Assembly: GCA_963753325.1 (NCBI GenBank)
Contig: CAVWBS010000003.1
Location: 963,979 to 1,027,978 of the forward strand
Direction of reading: 5' to 3'
Length of the DNA stretch: 64,000 nucleotides
Origin: an uncultured delta proteobacterium
Lineage (GTDB): Bacteria > Desulfobacterota > Binatia > UTPRO1
The notes under the pieces were generated by a model. That model had not been told where the DNA came from. It did not search any database and was given only the letters and a program-made list of their open reading frames with translations. This document shows, one piece after another, positions 37,522 to 49,225 of the stretch. The stretch's first letter is position 1. Each line of letters starts with the position of its first letter. The position numbers were made by a program, and so were the translations under genes.

Positions 37522-38466
37522 ATGCGCAACCATCCCGTACGTTTCGGCGTCCAGACCGGCCAGCAGATGGTCGAGTGGTCCCGGATGCTCGCGCTCTGGC
37601 GGAGCGTCGATGCCTGGGGCTACGACTCGCTCTGGAACTTCGACCACTTCTACCCGATCTTCGTGCCGCCGGACGGACCGTGCCTCGAGGGGTGGACGAC
37701 GCTCGCGGCGTTGGCGCAAGCGACGTCGCGCGCACGCGTCGGCACCCTGGTGAGCGGCAACACGTATCGCCATCCGTGCGTCACGGCGAAGATGGCCGCG
37801 ACGCTCGATCACGTGAGCGGCGGCCGCTTCAACCTCGGCATCGGCGCCGGCTGGTTCGAACTCGAGCACCGCAACTTCGGCATCGACTTCAAGTCGGTGC
37901 GCGGCCGCCTCGACGCGCTCGACGAGTCGTGCCGCATCATCAAGGGCATGTTCACCGAGGAGCGGACGACGTTCCACGGCAAGCACTACACGGTGACGGA
38001 GGCGATCGGCCTGCCGAAGCCGCTGCAGCGGCCGCATCCGCCGATCATGATCGGCGGCACCGGCGAGAAGGTGCTGCTGCGGATCGTGGCCGAGCACGCC
38101 GACATGTGGAACTCCTACGGCACGGCGGAGCGCATGGGCGAGCTGATCGACATCATCCGCCGGCACGGAGACGCGGTCGGCCGCGACACCGACGCGATCG
38201 AGAAGACGGTGATGATGCCGCTCTGCTATCGCGCGTCGAAGGACCGCGAGCAGTTCGTCTGCTCGGTGGCCGCCGCCACCAGCCAGACGACCCCCGAGGC
38301 GGCGCGGGCGCGCGTCATGATCGGCGACGCGCAGGAATGTCTCGCGACGATCGAGCGCTACACGCGTGTCGGCGTGACGCACTTCATCTTCATGACGTTC
38401 GCCCCCTACGTCGAGGAGGAGATCCAGCGCTTCGCGGAGGAGGTGATCCCGCGGGTGCGGTCGTAG
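37522..38466 (+). CDS. LLM-class oxidoreductase (F420-dependent-like, TIGR03560-type)
   Basis: [57 protein letters not shown]. Confidence 0.9.
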   Translation: MRNHPVRFGVQTGQQMVEWSRMLALWRSVDAWGYDSLWNFDHFYPIFVPPDGPCLEGWTTLAALAQATSRARVGTLVSGNTYRHPCVTAKMAATLDHVSGGRFNLGIGAGWFELEHRNFGIDFKSVRGRLDALDESCRIIKGMFTEERTTFHGKHYTVTEAIGLPKPLQRPHPPIMIGGTGEKVLLRIVAEHADMWNSYGTAERMGELIDIIRRHGDAVGRDTDAIEKTVMMPLCYRASKDREQFVCSVAAATSQTTPEAARARVMIGDAQECLATIERYTRVGVTHFIFMTFAPYVEEEIQRFAEEVIPRVRS

Positions 38467-38473
38467 CGGCGGC

Positions 38474-39182
38474 TCAGGCGAGGTCGAAGAGCAGGAGCTC
38501 GCTGCGGCCGGCGCCGCCGTCGGCGACGATCTCCAGCGCGTGCTGGTCCGCGACCGCCGCGCCGTCGCCGGCACCGAGCACGGCATCGTCGAGGCGCACG
38601 CGTCCGTCCGTGACCTGCACCCAGGCGTAGCGGCCCGGCGCGAGCGCGTGCGTGACGCGCTCGCCGGCGCCGAGGACCGCGGCGTGGATCCGGACGTCCT
38701 GGTGCACCCGCACCGAGCCCTCCGTGCCGTCGTGCGACACGATGAGCCGGAGGCGCCCGCGATGCTCCGCTTCGGGAAAGGCCTTCTGCTCGTACTCGGG
38801 CCGCAGGCCGCGGGTTTCGGGCAGAATCCAGAATCTGCAGCAGGTGCACCGGCTCGTGGCGCGACGCATTGTACTCGCTGTGGGTGATGCCGGTGCCGGC
38901 GCTCATCCGTTGCACGTCGCCCGGACGGATCGTCGATCCCGTGCCCATGCTGTCGGCGTGGGCGAGGGCGCCCGCGAGGACGAACGTGACGATCTCCATG
39001 TCCGCGTGCGGATGCGTCGGGAAGCCGCGGCCGGGCTGCACGCGGTCTTCGTTGATGACCCGCAGCGCGCGGAAGCCCATGTGCGCCGGATCGTGGTAGT
39101 CGCCGAAGGAGAAGGTGTGGAACGTATCGAGCCAGCCGTGATCGAAGTGGCCGCGCTCGGCGCTCGGGCGAAGGGTGATCAT
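38474..39182 (-). CDS. Pirin family protein (+1 frameshift as assembled at about 38832)
   Basis: [38 protein letters not shown]; removing one T from CAGATTCTGG gives LQIWILPE and a 235-aa ORF. Confidence 0.92.
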
Positions 39183-39301
39183 CGAGACGGCTCCTCTGAG
39201 ACAGTGCTGGGTCGCTGCAAGTGTGGCGAACGGCGCGTGTCTGCGCAACCGTGCCGGCGGCAATGGACCTCCCGGCGATCTTTCTGTACTTCCCCGGTGG
39301 T

Positions 39302-40186
39302 ATGTCGAAAGGACCGCTGCCGCCGCCGCGGAAGCTCGTCGATCCGCGGCTGCGCCGGACGATCGTCCGCGAGGGCGCGCCGCGCCGCGTCCTCGGCGAC
39401 ATCTACCATGCGCTGCTGAACGCGCACTGGTCGGTCCTGTTCGCGCTCTTTGCCGTCTACTATCTGGTGGCGAATACGTTGTTCGCGCTGGCGTATCTCG
39501 CGGGCGGCGACGACCTCGCGAACGCGCGCCCGGGCTCGTTCGCCGACGACTTCTTCTTCAGCGTCCAGACGCTGGCGACGATCGGCTACGGCTCGATCTG
39601 GCCGAAGACGCTGTATGCCAACGTGCTGGTGGCGCTCGAGGCCCTGATCGGCGTGACCGGCTTCGCCCTGGCCGCGGGCCTCTTCTTCGCCAAGTTCTCG
39701 CGGCCGACGGCACGGGTGCTGTTCAGCAAGGTCGCCGTGATCACGGCGCGCGACGGTGTCCCGTCGTTGATGGTGCGCATGGCCAACGAGCGGGCGAACC
39801 AGGTCGTCGAGGCGCAGGTGCAGGTGTCGCTCGCCCGCAGCGAGCGGACGATCGAGGGCGAGGAGGTGCGGCGGTTCTACGACCTGGCGCTCACCCGCAC
39901 GCGCACGCCGATCTTCCTGCTCTCGTGGACGGTCATCCATCCGATCACCCCGCAGAGCCCGCTCTACGGCATGACGCCCGAGTCGCTGCTCGAGACGGAG
40001 GGCGAGATCATCGTCTCGGTGACGGGCGTCGACGAGACGCTCTCGCAGGCGATCCGCGCGCGCTATTCCTATCTTCCCGACGAGGTGGTCTGGGGCGCGC
40101 GCTTCGCCGACATCATGTCGACCCTGCCCGACGGCCGCCGCCGCGTCGACTACACCCGATTCCACGAGGTCGTGAGCGCGAGCTGA
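39302..40186 (+). CDS. Inward-rectifier K+ channel (KirBac family)
   Basis: [14 protein letters not shown] selectivity filter, [27 protein letters not shown]. Confidence 0.93.
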   Translation: MSKGPLPPPRKLVDPRLRRTIVREGAPRRVLGDIYHALLNAHWSVLFALFAVYYLVANTLFALAYLAGGDDLANARPGSFADDFFFSVQTLATIGYGSIWPKTLYANVLVALEALIGVTGFALAAGLFFAKFSRPTARVLFSKVAVITARDGVPSLMVRMANERANQVVEAQVQVSLARSERTIEGEEVRRFYDLALTRTRTPIFLLSWTVIHPITPQSPLYGMTPESLLETEGEIIVSVTGVDETLSQAIRARYSYLPDEVVWGARFADIMSTLPDGRRRVDYTRFHEVVSAS

Positions 40187-40205
40187 CGCGCCGCGAGGGG
40201 CTAGG

Positions 40206-40556
40206 CTAGGCGAACCCCCACTTCTGCTTGTTGGCCTCGATCTCCTCGGCGGAGGGCGGCGTCTTCTTCTCGGTCGGCGAGACGATGAAGTCGTCCTTGT
40301 GCTCCATCATCAGGTAGTTGAGCGGGCTGTCGTCGCTGAACACGGCCGGGACCGCGGACTCCTCGAAGATCGCCTGCCAGGGACACTCCGGCTCGCACGC
40401 GCCGCAGTCGATGCACTCGTCGGGGTGGATGTAGAGCTGGTTCGGAAAGGTGGCGTGGTCCGATCCCTTGTAGGCGTAGATGCAGTCGACGGGGCAGACC
40501 GAGACGCACGCGGTGTCGACGCAGTCGCGGCACAGACGGGTGATGATGTAGGTCAT
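40206..40556 (-). CDS. Dicluster (7Fe-type) ferredoxin
   Basis: [14 protein letters not shown] (Cx2Cx4Cx3C) and [12 protein letters not shown] (Cx2Cx2Cx3C). Confidence 0.93.
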   Translation of the reverse strand: MTYIITRLCRDCVDTACVSVCPVDCIYAYKGSDHATFPNQLYIHPDECIDCGACEPECPWQAIFEESAVPAVFSDDSPLNYLMMEHKDDFIVSPTEKKTPPSAEEIEANKQKWGFA

Positions 40557-40614
40557 GGACGACGCTCCTTTCCTCGTACCGGGGTCGGAATTGTCGCGAT
40601 TCCGCTGGACTCTG

Positions 40615-43236
40615 TCAAAGCGCGCGGCCGATCCGTGGCCGCGCGCGGTGGCGGAGCGCAATGTCGGCGAGGAGAAGGACGAGCGCGAGCGGCACGAGCA
40701 CGGGCGCGAGCGCCATGTGCTCGCGCACGACGCCCGGTCGCGCCGCCAGTACGGCCGCGGGCTCGGGATCGAGCGTCCCCCCGGTGAGCTGCGCGAGCTG
40801 CTCCAGCAGCCGGCGATTCGGATGGTCGGCGGCCAGCTCGCGGCCCGCATCGCCGCTGGCCGGCACCATGAGATCGATCTGCTCGGGCAGGGACGGCCCG
40901 GGGCCGAGCAGCAGCACCGACTGCGGGCCGCTCCGGAGGTTCGGCACCATCGCGGTGAAGGTCCGCGGGCCGCTCCGGCGGAGCGGGAACTCGGCGCCCG
41001 CGGGCAGGCGGAGCGCGTACGGCCCCGGCGCCTCGGCGACCGTCTCGAGCCGTACCAGCGTGCCGGCGGCGAGGCGCTGCGCCTCGAGGCGATGATCGGA
41101 GGACAGGCCGGACGGCGCCGCCCAGCGGGCGAGCTGCGCCCACAGGGTCCCGAAGCCGTTCCAGGCCGCCCAGTCCGCGGCGCCCGCCTGGAAGTCGAGG
41201 GGGATCACCGCGACCCGGCCGAGCTCGTACTGCCAGGTCGCGAGCACGGGATCGTGGCGCTCGCCGTTCTCCACGTACAGTCGAACCTCGGCCTGCGGTC
41301 GCGCCTGGGTGAGCGCGTAGCGGCGGATCGCCGGCAGCTCGTCCTCGGCGAATCCGGCGAGCAGGCCGCCCGGCGTGCCGAGGCGCGGCGGGCGGTCCTG
41401 GCGCTCGGGGCTGTCGCTCATCAGGCGCTGCGTGTCGCGGATCATGAGCTGCGGCAGCGCCTGGACCCGCTCGACGTGGTGGAACTCGCCGCCGGTCGCG
41501 CGCGAGATGGCGTCGAGCAGCTCGAGGTTGGCGTCGTCGGAGCCGATGCGGATGGTGGTCACGGTGATCTCGGCGCGCGCCAGCGCGGCGATCAGCTCGA
41601 CGTGGTCCTCCGCGCCGCGATTCGTGTCGCCGTCGGTGAGGAGGATGATGTGGCGGACGCGCCGGCCGGATTCGATCAGATGGCGCCGCGCATCGTCGAG
41701 CGCGTCCTTGAAATCGGTGCCGCCGCCGTACTGCAGCTGCTGGATCTTCGTGGCGAGCGCGCTCCGGCTCTCGCCGACGGGGCGGAGGGGGCCGAGCTCC
41801 GTCGGAAGCGAGTCGAACGCGATGGCGCCGACGAGATCCTTGCTGCCGAGCTGATCGAGCACGGCGAGGGCGGCCCGCTTGGCGTACTCCATCTTCTCCC
41901 CGTTGTGCAGCATGGCCTGGGTGCTCGAGTAGCCCATGCTGTTCGAGCGGTCGATCACCAGGTAGAGCGCGATCGGCTCGCGTTCCTGCGGCTCCGGTGT
42001 CTGCGCCCGCAGATCGACCGGCAGGACGCGGTCGAGCGCGCTGCCGGTCCAGCGCGCGTCGCCGAAGAGATGCTCGCCGCCGGTCACGACGAGCCCGCCG
42101 CCACGTCCCACCCATGCCGCCAGCTCGGCGAGCGCCGCGTCGGCGAAGGCCGCGCGCGTGACGTCGTCGAGGACCACCAGATGATACGCGTCGAGTCGCG
42201 CGGCGCGGCTCGCGAACACCGGCGGTGCGATCAGCTCGACGTGCATGCCGCGCTCGGCGAGCGCCGTGGCGACGACCGGGCTCTCGTGCTCGCTCACCAC
42301 CAGCACCTGCAACGGACGCGTCACGGCGAGCGCCGCCCGCGCGCCGCCGAGCGGCGGCGGCGCGGCGCCGTTCACGGCGAGGCGCGCCTCCAGCAGATAC
42401 TGTCCCGCGCCGCGGGCGCGGTACGGAAGCTCGACGACGCTGACGCCCGGAGCCAGGTCGATCGACGTGCCGCTCAGGCGCTCGCCGTTGGCGGTCAGCT
42501 CGAGCACGGCGCGCGTCGTCTCGGGCGCCCGGCTCTCGACGACCGCCTCGAGCGGCACCGTGACGCGCTCCGGCGCGAGGCGCGGCGCGAGGAGACGCCG
42601 CACGGCCGCCGGCGGCAACGCGGCGCCGTCCGGCAGCAGCGGAAACGTGGGTACGACCGGCTCGGTCAGCGTGGCCTCCGCGAGCGCGCTCCCGGTCGTC
42701 TCGTTGCCGTCGGTGAAGAGCAGGAGGGCGGCCTGCGTCTCCTCGGGACACAAGGTTGCCGCCGTCGTGAGCGCGCCGGCGATGTCGGTCTCGCCGGCGT
42801 CGGCTCCGATCGCGTCCGTCGGCGGAAGGAGGTCGTCGATCGTGTGCCGCTGCGCCAGGGGGCGCGCGAGCACGCGGGTGCGGGTGGCGAACGCGAGCGA
42901 GCCGAGCAGATCGTGCGCGCCGAGCGCGGGCACGAGCCGCTCGAGGAAGGCACGGGCACGCGCCGCCCCTGCGCCCCCGACGCTCGCCGACGTGTCGATC
43001 GCCGCGATCACGCACGCGCCGGCCTGCGGGCGCGTGCGCTCGACGTAGGCGCCGGCGAGGACGAGCACGACCGCAAGGGCGGCGAGCGCGCGGCAGGCGA
43101 TCGCGAGCGCCATGCCCTTGCGCGCCGCGATCAGCAGCAGCGGTAGCGCCAGGAGGAGCAGCAGCGCCCGCGGAACCGCCAGCGACATTCCGGCGTGCGC
43201 GGCGAGCGCCGTCAGGTGGTCGACGATCGTGCTCAT
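40615..43236 (-). CDS. Membrane-anchored double-VWA protein with GATase-like middle domain
   Basis: IDTSASV and IDRSNSM MIDAS motifs, [32 protein letters not shown]. Confidence 0.87.
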   Translation of the reverse strand: MSTIVDHLTALAAHAGMSLAVPRALLLLLALPLLLIAARKGMALAIACRALAALAVVLVLAGAYVERTRPQAGACVIAAIDTSASVGGAGAARARAFLERLVPALGAHDLLGSLAFATRTRVLARPLAQRHTIDDLLPPTDAIGADAGETDIAGALTTAATLCPEETQAALLLFTDGNETTGSALAEATLTEPVVPTFPLLPDGAALPPAAVRRLLAPRLAPERVTVPLEAVVESRAPETTRAVLELTANGERLSGTSIDLAPGVSVVELPYRARGAGQYLLEARLAVNGAAPPPLGGARAALAVTRPLQVLVVSEHESPVVATALAERGMHVELIAPPVFASRAARLDAYHLVVLDDVTRAAFADAALAELAAWVGRGGGLVVTGGEHLFGDARWTGSALDRVLPVDLRAQTPEPQEREPIALYLVIDRSNSMGYSSTQAMLHNGEKMEYAKRAALAVLDQLGSKDLVGAIAFDSLPTELGPLRPVGESRSALATKIQQLQYGGGTDFKDALDDARRHLIESGRRVRHIILLTDGDTNRGAEDHVELIAALARAEITVTTIRIGSDDANLELLDAISRATGGEFHHVERVQALPQLMIRDTQRLMSDSPERQDRPPRLGTPGGLLAGFAEDELPAIRRYALTQARPQAEVRLYVENGERHDPVLATWQYELGRVAVIPLDFQAGAADWAAWNGFGTLWAQLARWAAPSGLSSDHRLEAQRLAAGTLVRLETVAEAPGPYALRLPAGAEFPLRRSGPRTFTAMVPNLRSGPQSVLLLGPGPSLPEQIDLMVPASGDAGRELAADHPNRRLLEQLAQLTGGTLDPEPAAVLAARPGVVREHMALAPVLVPLALVLLLADIALRHRARPRIGRAL

Positions 43237-45098
43237 GGCCGTACCCGATCGCGCCGGCGGAGCCACGTCAGCCACTCCAGCGCGAGGAGGGCGGCGCCGA
43301 GCGCGTACATCCACGCATCGACCTCCCGGCGCGCGCGTGTCGGTGGCGGCGGGGTCGTGACGGCCGGCGCCGCCGGCGTCTCGCCGGCCCCGCGGCGCCC
43401 GATGTCGGATTCGCGCTGGTCGAACAGGTTGGCGAGGATCAGCCGCTCGCCGCCGGTCGGCCCGAGGCGGTAGGTCCCGACGCGATCGGCGACCACGACC
43501 GCGGGATCGCCGACGACGCGCAGCCCCGCGCCGCCCGACGGCCCCGCGATCGGCGCGGTCGGACCCGGCCCGAGCGTTGCCGGCACGCCCGTCTCGACCG
43601 TGAGGGCGCCGCCGCCGAACGGCTCGGCCAGCCAACGGAGCGCGCCGAGGGTGAGCATCAGGAGGGGCAACGCGTCGGAGGAGGTGAGGGGCGCCGCCAG
43701 CTCCGTGCCGAGGCACGCGAGCCGCCGGCCGTCGCGCTCGCCGGCGACGAGCAGCGGGAACGCGAGCCGCCGCGAGGCCGCGAGCACCACCGGATCGCCC
43801 CAGGGGGCGGCGTCGAGCGCCGTCGCATGCGCCACCTCGATCGCGTCGAGGGACTCGAGGCCGCGCAGCAGCGGATGGTGCGATGCCCAGTCGATCACGG
43901 CGGCGCCCTCGAACGCGCGCGTCGTCGGGCAGATGGAGTTGCCCGCCGGCGGCGCGACGTACAGGGCGTTCACCGCCGGCGGCAGGGCGGGCGGCACGAT
44001 GCCGTCGAACAGCGCCGCCCGCCGGCCCGCGAGTCCGTCGGGGTGATAGCGGTCGCGCGCCACGACCTCGACGCGGCTGCCGGCGACGGCGGCGGCGATC
44101 TCGCCGAACGTGTCCGCCAGGTCGTGCGAGTCGGTGACGAGCAGGAGATCGAGCGGTGCTGCCGGACCGATCCACCCGGTCGCGCGGTCGTCGACGCCGA
44201 GCGCGTCCTCGCCGAGCAGACCGACGGACAGCACGCCGCCGTGGGGCGGTGCGGCGAGCAGCGCGTGCTCGGTCGAGCGCGGGGCCAGCGTCAGGTCCCG
44301 TTGCTCCCAGCGCTCGCCACCGATCCATGCCTGCACGGTCGCGCGGCGAGCGCTGCCGCTGAAGTTCCGGACGGCGACGTCGACGCTCGCCGCGCCCGCG
44401 GGCTGGAACGGCGCCTGGTCGACGGCGAGATCGATGATGCCGACGTTGTCGTCGGTCGCGCCGATCTGGATCCAATGGAATGCGCGGACATCCTCGGACG
44501 CGATGCCGGCGTCGTCGGGCGCCAGGTCGGTCAGGACCGCGAGACGGGTGTCCGGGCGTGCGCGGGCCTCGCCGAGCGCGAGCTCGAGCGCGGGCGCGAG
44601 GTTGGTCGACGTGTCGAGGGGCGCGAGGGCCTCGAGCCGGGCGCGCAGCGCGGCGCGGTCGGCCGTCCAGCGTTGGGCGACGTGCGGGCGCTCCGCCGCC
44701 GTCACCAGCATCGCCTCGTCGCCGCTCGCGAGCTCGTCGAGCAGGGCGCGCGCCCGGCGCTGCGCCAGCTCGAAGCGCGTCCCGTCCCTTTCCTGCGCCT
44801 GCATGCTGGCCGAGGCGTCGAGCACGACCACGAGGCGCCCGCCGCCGGCCGGGAGCGGCCGGCCTTGCACGTACGGCCGCAGGTATCCCGCGATCAGGGC
44901 GAGCAGCAGCGCGAGCTGGAGCAGGAAGAGCGCGTCGGGACGGAAGCGACGGCGCTCGAGGACCGCGGTCGGGACGCGTGACCAGAGAAGCAGCGCGCCG
45001 ACCCGCACGATCCGACGGCGGCGGTCGAGCAGATAGAGCGCGACGAGCGCGGCGATCGCCGCGAGCATGAGCGCGCCGGCGGGATTGAGGATGCCCAT
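43233..45098 (-). CDS. BatA-domain + VWA protein
   Basis: MGILNP...LVALYLL...VGALLLW BatA N-terminus, VLDASASM, C-terminal TM LLALEW. Confidence 0.88.
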   Translation of the reverse strand: MGILNPAGALMLAAIAALVALYLLDRRRRIVRVGALLLWSRVPTAVLERRRFRPDALFLLQLALLLALIAGYLRPYVQGRPLPAGGGRLVVVLDASASMQAQERDGTRFELAQRRARALLDELASGDEAMLVTAAERPHVAQRWTADRAALRARLEALAPLDTSTNLAPALELALGEARARPDTRLAVLTDLAPDDAGIASEDVRAFHWIQIGATDDNVGIIDLAVDQAPFQPAGAASVDVAVRNFSGSARRATVQAWIGGERWEQRDLTLAPRSTEHALLAAPPHGGVLSVGLLGEDALGVDDRATGWIGPAAPLDLLLVTDSHDLADTFGEIAAAVAGSRVEVVARDRYHPDGLAGRRAALFDGIVPPALPPAVNALYVAPPAGNSICPTTRAFEGAAVIDWASHHPLLRGLESLDAIEVAHATALDAAPWGDPVVLAASRRLAFPLLVAGERDGRRLACLGTELAAPLTSSDALPLLMLTLGALRWLAEPFGGGALTVETGVPATLGPGPTAPIAGPSGGAGLRVVGDPAVVVADRVGTYRLGPTGGERLILANLFDQRESDIGRRGAGETPAAPAVTTPPPPTRARREVDAWMYALGAALLALEWLTWLRRRDRVRP

Positions 45099-45102
45099 CG
45101 GC

Positions 45103-45996
45103 TCACCGCCGCCGGATGACTCCGGCGCGCGCGAGGTCCCCGGTGAGCAGCGTGATCACGTCGGTGCCGGCGACGAGGCGCACGTAGGTTGCGCGGTGGC
45201 GATCGGCGATGGCGCGGAGCGCGTCCAGATGCGCCGTCAGCGCCTCCCGGTAGAGCGCCAGATTCGCGTCCGTCAGCGCGATCGCGCGCCGCGCCCCGGA
45301 CTCGACGTCGGCGAGCACGGCGCGGCTGAACTCGCGTGTCGGGTCGAGCTCCCCGGGTCCGATCACCTGGAGGAGGTGTGTCTCGAAGCCGTGCGCGCGC
45401 AGTACGCGGACGCCGTGCTCGATGGCGTCGGGCTCGATGAGGAAGTCGGAGATGAGGAGCGCGACCCCCGGTGCCGCATGGCGCGCGACGTGCTCCGCGA
45501 GCGCCTCGGGGAGCGCGAGCGCGCCCTCGGCGCGGCGGGTGCCGAGCCACTCCGCGACCCGCCCGATGCTGCCGCGCTGGCGGAAGATCGGCGAGCGGCC
45601 GGTGGCATCGCCGAGCAACGCCAGACGGACGGCGTCGCCGCTCCGCAGGGCGACGTAGGCGAGCGCCATCGCCAGCTCGCACGCGGCGCCGAGCTTGTCG
45701 TCCGCGACGGGGGCGCCGAGTGAGGCGCTGGCGTCGAGCAGGACGTGCACCACCACCTCGCGCTCCGCGACGAAGCGGCGCACGAGGAGGCTGTCGAGGC
45801 GGCCGAGCGCATTCCAGTCGAGATGGCGGAGGTCGTCGCCCGGCGCATAGGTGGCGTGGGCCTCGAGCTCGATGCCGGAGGGCTGCGGCCGGCCCGGCAC
45901 GCGCCGCTCGCCGGGGCGGGCGCCCATGCCACGGCGCACCCCCAGGGCGAGGCCATCGTAGCGGGTCAGCCGGACGGGATCGAGGAGCGCCCTCAT
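45103..45996 (-). CDS. DUF58 family protein
   Basis: YAPGDDLRHLDWNALGR, LLDASAS, LISDFL. Confidence 0.92.
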   Translation of the reverse strand: MRALLDPVRLTRYDGLALGVRRGMGARPGERRVPGRPQPSGIELEAHATYAPGDDLRHLDWNALGRLDSLLVRRFVAEREVVVHVLLDASASLGAPVADDKLGAACELAMALAYVALRSGDAVRLALLGDATGRSPIFRQRGSIGRVAEWLGTRRAEGALALPEALAEHVARHAAPGVALLISDFLIEPDAIEHGVRVLRAHGFETHLLQVIGPGELDPTREFSRAVLADVESGARRAIALTDANLALYREALTAHLDALRAIADRHRATYVRLVAGTDVITLLTGDLARAGVIRRR

Positions 45997-47027
45997 GCCC
46001 GCATGCGGCGCGCCATGGCGAGGACGCTCTCGATCACGCGCGCGGGGGTGATGCCGGCCGCCTCCGCCGCGAAGTTGAGCACGACGCGATGTCGCAACGC
46101 CGGGAGGACGACGCGATCGACGTCCTCGGCGGTGACGTGCGGGCGTCCGTTGAGCAGCGCCCGCACCTTGGCACCGAGGAGCAGCGCCTGGCCGCCGCGC
46201 GGGCTCGAGCCGTAGGCGACGTAGCGCGCGACGTCGTCCTCGGCGCCGCTGCGGCCGACGCTCTCACCGCGCGCCGCCGCCGGCACCGTGAGCCGGACGA
46301 GGCCCGCGACGTAGCGCTCGATCGGCGGCGCCACGAGCACGTGGCGCACGACGCGCCTCAGCTCCTCCACCCGGCCCGCCGCGTGCTCGCGCTCGAGCAC
46401 CGGCAGGATGCTCGGGACGTCGGCGCCCGTCGTCGAGCTGACGATGCGCTCGAGCTCGGCCTGCGACGGGTACTCGAGCAGCACCTTGAAGAGGAAGCGG
46501 TCGAGCTGTGCCTCGGGCAGCTGGTACGTGCCTTCCATCTCGATCGGGTTCAGCGTCGCGAGCACGAAGAAGGGCGGCGCGAGCGGATAGCTGGCGCCGG
46601 CGACCGTCACCTGCTGCTCGGCCATGGCCTCGAGCAGCGCCGACTGCGTCTTCGGCGTGGCGCGGTTGATCTCGTCCGCGAGCAGCAGGTGCGCGAACAC
46701 CGGGCCGGGCACGAACGTGAACTCGCGCCGGCCGTCGGCGCCCTCGTTGATCACGCGCGTGCCGGTGATGTCGGCCGGCATCAGGTCGACGGTGAACTGG
46801 ATGCGGTTGAAGCTCAGGTTCAGCGCCTCGGCGAGCGAGCGCACGATCAACGTCTTGCCGATTCCCGGCACCCCCTCGATGAGGACGTGGCCACCGGCGA
46901 AGAACGCGGTGAGGATGCTCTCGATGACCTGCTCGTGCCCGACGATCACCTTGCCGATCTCGCGACGTACGGCGCCGAAGGTGTCGTTGAAACCGGCGAT
47001 CGCGGCGGCGCCGAGGCTCGGGGTCAC
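45993..47027 (-). CDS. moxR: MoxR family AAA+ ATPase
   Basis: EGVPGIGKT, IQFTVDLMPADITG, LADEINRATPKTQSALLEAMAE, GTYQLPEAQLDRF. Confidence 0.95.
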   Translation of the reverse strand: MTPSLGAAAIAGFNDTFGAVRREIGKVIVGHEQVIESILTAFFAGGHVLIEGVPGIGKTLIVRSLAEALNLSFNRIQFTVDLMPADITGTRVINEGADGRREFTFVPGPVFAHLLLADEINRATPKTQSALLEAMAEQQVTVAGASYPLAPPFFVLATLNPIEMEGTYQLPEAQLDRFLFKVLLEYPSQAELERIVSSTTGADVPSILPVLEREHAAGRVEELRRVVRHVLVAPPIERYVAGLVRLTVPAAARGESVGRSGAEDDVARYVAYGSSPRGGQALLLGAKVRALLNGRPHVTAEDVDRVVLPALRHRVVLNFAAEAAGITPARVIESVLAMARRMRA

Positions 47028-48367
47028 GGCGACTCCCGCGCGGCGTCGCGGTGGGCGAACATCTCGCGCACGATGTCCTCGTAGCCCGACGGCACCGGCA
47101 TCCTGCGGACCGCACGCTCCTGCCGCGCCGCGCGTGTCAACGCGGGATGCGCATCGTCGCTCGCCGGCGGAGGATCGCCGTCCGCTCGCCGCGGGGCGCC
47201 GCGCTGCGCGCGCACGGGGGCGTTGATCGCCAGCTCGAAGGAGGAGGCGTCGCCGCCCGGCCGAGCGTCCGTCGGGGCGCCGAAGAGATGCGGATCGGTC
47301 TCGTTGCCCGCCCCGGGGACGGCCACGCCGACCCCGCTCCCGACCCGTCCGTCCCGGTCGTCGTCGCCGAGGCCGCGGGCCTGCGCGTCGGCGTCGCTCG
47401 ATTCGGCCGCGTGCCCGCGTTGGGCGTCGCCCGGGGCCCCGTGGCGACGGGTCCCGCGGCGGCTCGCGGGCAGGCCCGCCGTCTCCCACGGCTCCTCGCC
47501 ACCCCCGGCATCGAGATCGGGCCCGTCGTCGGCGGCACCGTCGCCCGTGCTGCGGCGCGCCTGGCGTTCGCCGCCGCGTTGCGCCCGTGCCATCGCGTCC
47601 TGCGCGGCCTGCCACTCGCGTCCCCACAGATCGCGGCGGATGCGGTCCCGCAGCGCGTCGGAGAGTCGCGCGAGAGCCGAGTCGTCGGCGCCGCCGTGGT
47701 CGTCGTCAGGCTCCGCCGCTCCGCCGCCGGAGTCCTCGCGGTGGTGGTCGGGGCGCCCGCCGTCCCGGCCGGGCGCGACGACGATGCGGTCGGGGACGCC
47801 GTCCGGCGCGGTCCCTCCGGCGCCGTCGAGCGGCCGGTCGCTGTAGAGGATCTGCGGCAGCGGCGGGCGAAGGCGCGGCGCCAGCACGAGCGCGAGGAGC
47901 AGCACGGCGGTCGCGACGAGGGCCGAGAGCAGGGCCGGGAGCGGCGTGGATTTGCCGATCAGCCGCTCCGGACGCCAGCGCTCCAGGGTGCGGCGGTTCT
48001 CCTCGAGCAGCAGCGGCAGGAAGAACGGGGTGGCGGCACCGGCGCGCGCGCGGACCGCCGTGAGCGTCGACAGCCGCCCGCCGAGCGCGGCGTGGGCGTC
48101 GATCCAGTCGGCGGCGGCGTCGACGCCGAGCCACCGCCGCCGCAAGCCGCGCAGGAGGAGCCCGCCGGTGACGGCGACGGCGGCCGCCGCGCTCCACGTC
48201 GCGACCGCGAAGAGCCGCGGACGCGCGACCAGCGCCAGCAGCACGACGGCGGCGGCGCTGGCGGCGGCGATCGCGGCCAACGCAAACAGCGCGCGCTGCA
48301 GCTCGCGGAGATTCCGCCGGCGCCGGACCTGGAGGACCTGACGCTCGATAGGGTCGGCGTCGCGCAT
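47024..48367 (-). CDS. Membrane-anchored protein with acidic/Gly-rich tail, first gene of the MoxR operon
   Basis: Three TM segments, AADWIDAHAALGGRLST, C-terminal VPSGYEDIVREMF; overlaps the moxR start. Confidence 0.7.
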   Translation of the reverse strand: MRDADPIERQVLQVRRRRNLRELQRALFALAAIAAASAAAVVLLALVARPRLFAVATWSAAAAVAVTGGLLLRGLRRRWLGVDAAADWIDAHAALGGRLSTLTAVRARAGAATPFFLPLLLEENRRTLERWRPERLIGKSTPLPALLSALVATAVLLLALVLAPRLRPPLPQILYSDRPLDGAGGTAPDGVPDRIVVAPGRDGGRPDHHREDSGGGAAEPDDDHGGADDSALARLSDALRDRIRRDLWGREWQAAQDAMARAQRGGERQARRSTGDGAADDGPDLDAGGGEEPWETAGLPASRRGTRRHGAPGDAQRGHAAESSDADAQARGLGDDDRDGRVGSGVGVAVPGAGNETDPHLFGAPTDARPGGDASSFELAINAPVRAQRGAPRRADGDPPPASDDAHPALTRAARQERAVRRMPVPSGYEDIVREMFAHRDAARESP

Positions 48368-48423
48368 GACGGCGTCGGGTGTCGTTCGACGATAGTGAAG
48401 CGCGCCCGGACCGTCAACGTGCG

Positions 48424-49122
48424 TCATCGGTGGCCCGTGACGCCGCGGCGCGGGCAATAGGCCGTGATCGGACAACGGCTGCAGTGCGGCGAGATCGGCC
48501 GGCAGAGGTGCTGGCCGAACGCCACCAGCAGGTCGTTGATCTCGAGCCAATGCGCCGGCGGCAGCTTCCGGCGGAGCGCCCGCTCGGTGTCGTTCGGCGT
48601 CCGCGTCCGGACGTAGCCGAGGCGGTTGGTGATGCGATGCACGTGGGTGTCGACGCAGATGCCGGGCGCGCGGAAGCCGAGCGTGAGGACGAGGTTCGCG
48701 GTCTTCCGCCCGACGCCGCGCAGGGTGAGAAGGGCGTCGAGGTCGCGCGGCACCTCGCCGCCGAAGCGCGCCAGCAACGCCCGGCACGTGTCACGGATGG
48801 CGCGCGCCTTGGTGCGGTAGAAGCCGACCGGATAGATGAGGCGCGCGATCGTCGCCTCGCGCAGCCGCAGCATCGCCGCCGGCGTCGCGGCGCGGGCGAA
48901 GAGCCGCCGCGAGGCGGCGGCCGTGGTCTCGTCCTTGGTCCGCAGGCTGAGGATGGTCGAGATCAGCACCCGGAACGGATCCCCGGTCGTGTCGGCGATG
49001 AGCGTCACGGCCGGCGCGCCCCACGCCGGCGCCTCGCGCCGCAGGATCGCCATCACGGGTCCGATCTCGTCGCGTCCCAGCGCCCGACGACGCGGCGCGA
49101 TGGTCGTGCGCGGGAGGGCCAC
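48424..49122 (-). CDS. nth: Endonuclease III
   Basis: LISTILSLRTKDETT, LRGVGRKTAN HhH, VDTHVHRI, C-x6-C-x2-C-x5-C. Confidence 0.95.
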   Translation of the reverse strand: MALPRTTIAPRRRALGRDEIGPVMAILRREAPAWGAPAVTLIADTTGDPFRVLISTILSLRTKDETTAAASRRLFARAATPAAMLRLREATIARLIYPVGFYRTKARAIRDTCRALLARFGGEVPRDLDALLTLRGVGRKTANLVLTLGFRAPGICVDTHVHRITNRLGYVRTRTPNDTERALRRKLPPAHWLEINDLLVAFGQHLCRPISPHCSRCPITAYCPRRGVTGHR

Positions 49123-49225
49123 GCCCCCCTTATCGCCCGCCATCGACGGCGGCTCAACGCGCGCCGTGCGCGGCGCGTCCGCAGCGGGCGGGCGCGTTGC
49201 GTGGGCTCCGGGCATCGACTAAGCG

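Noticed and set aside
37522-38466. Claim that the organism makes F420
   Set aside because: The LLM subfamily call is motif-based and no F420 biosynthesis genes are in the window.
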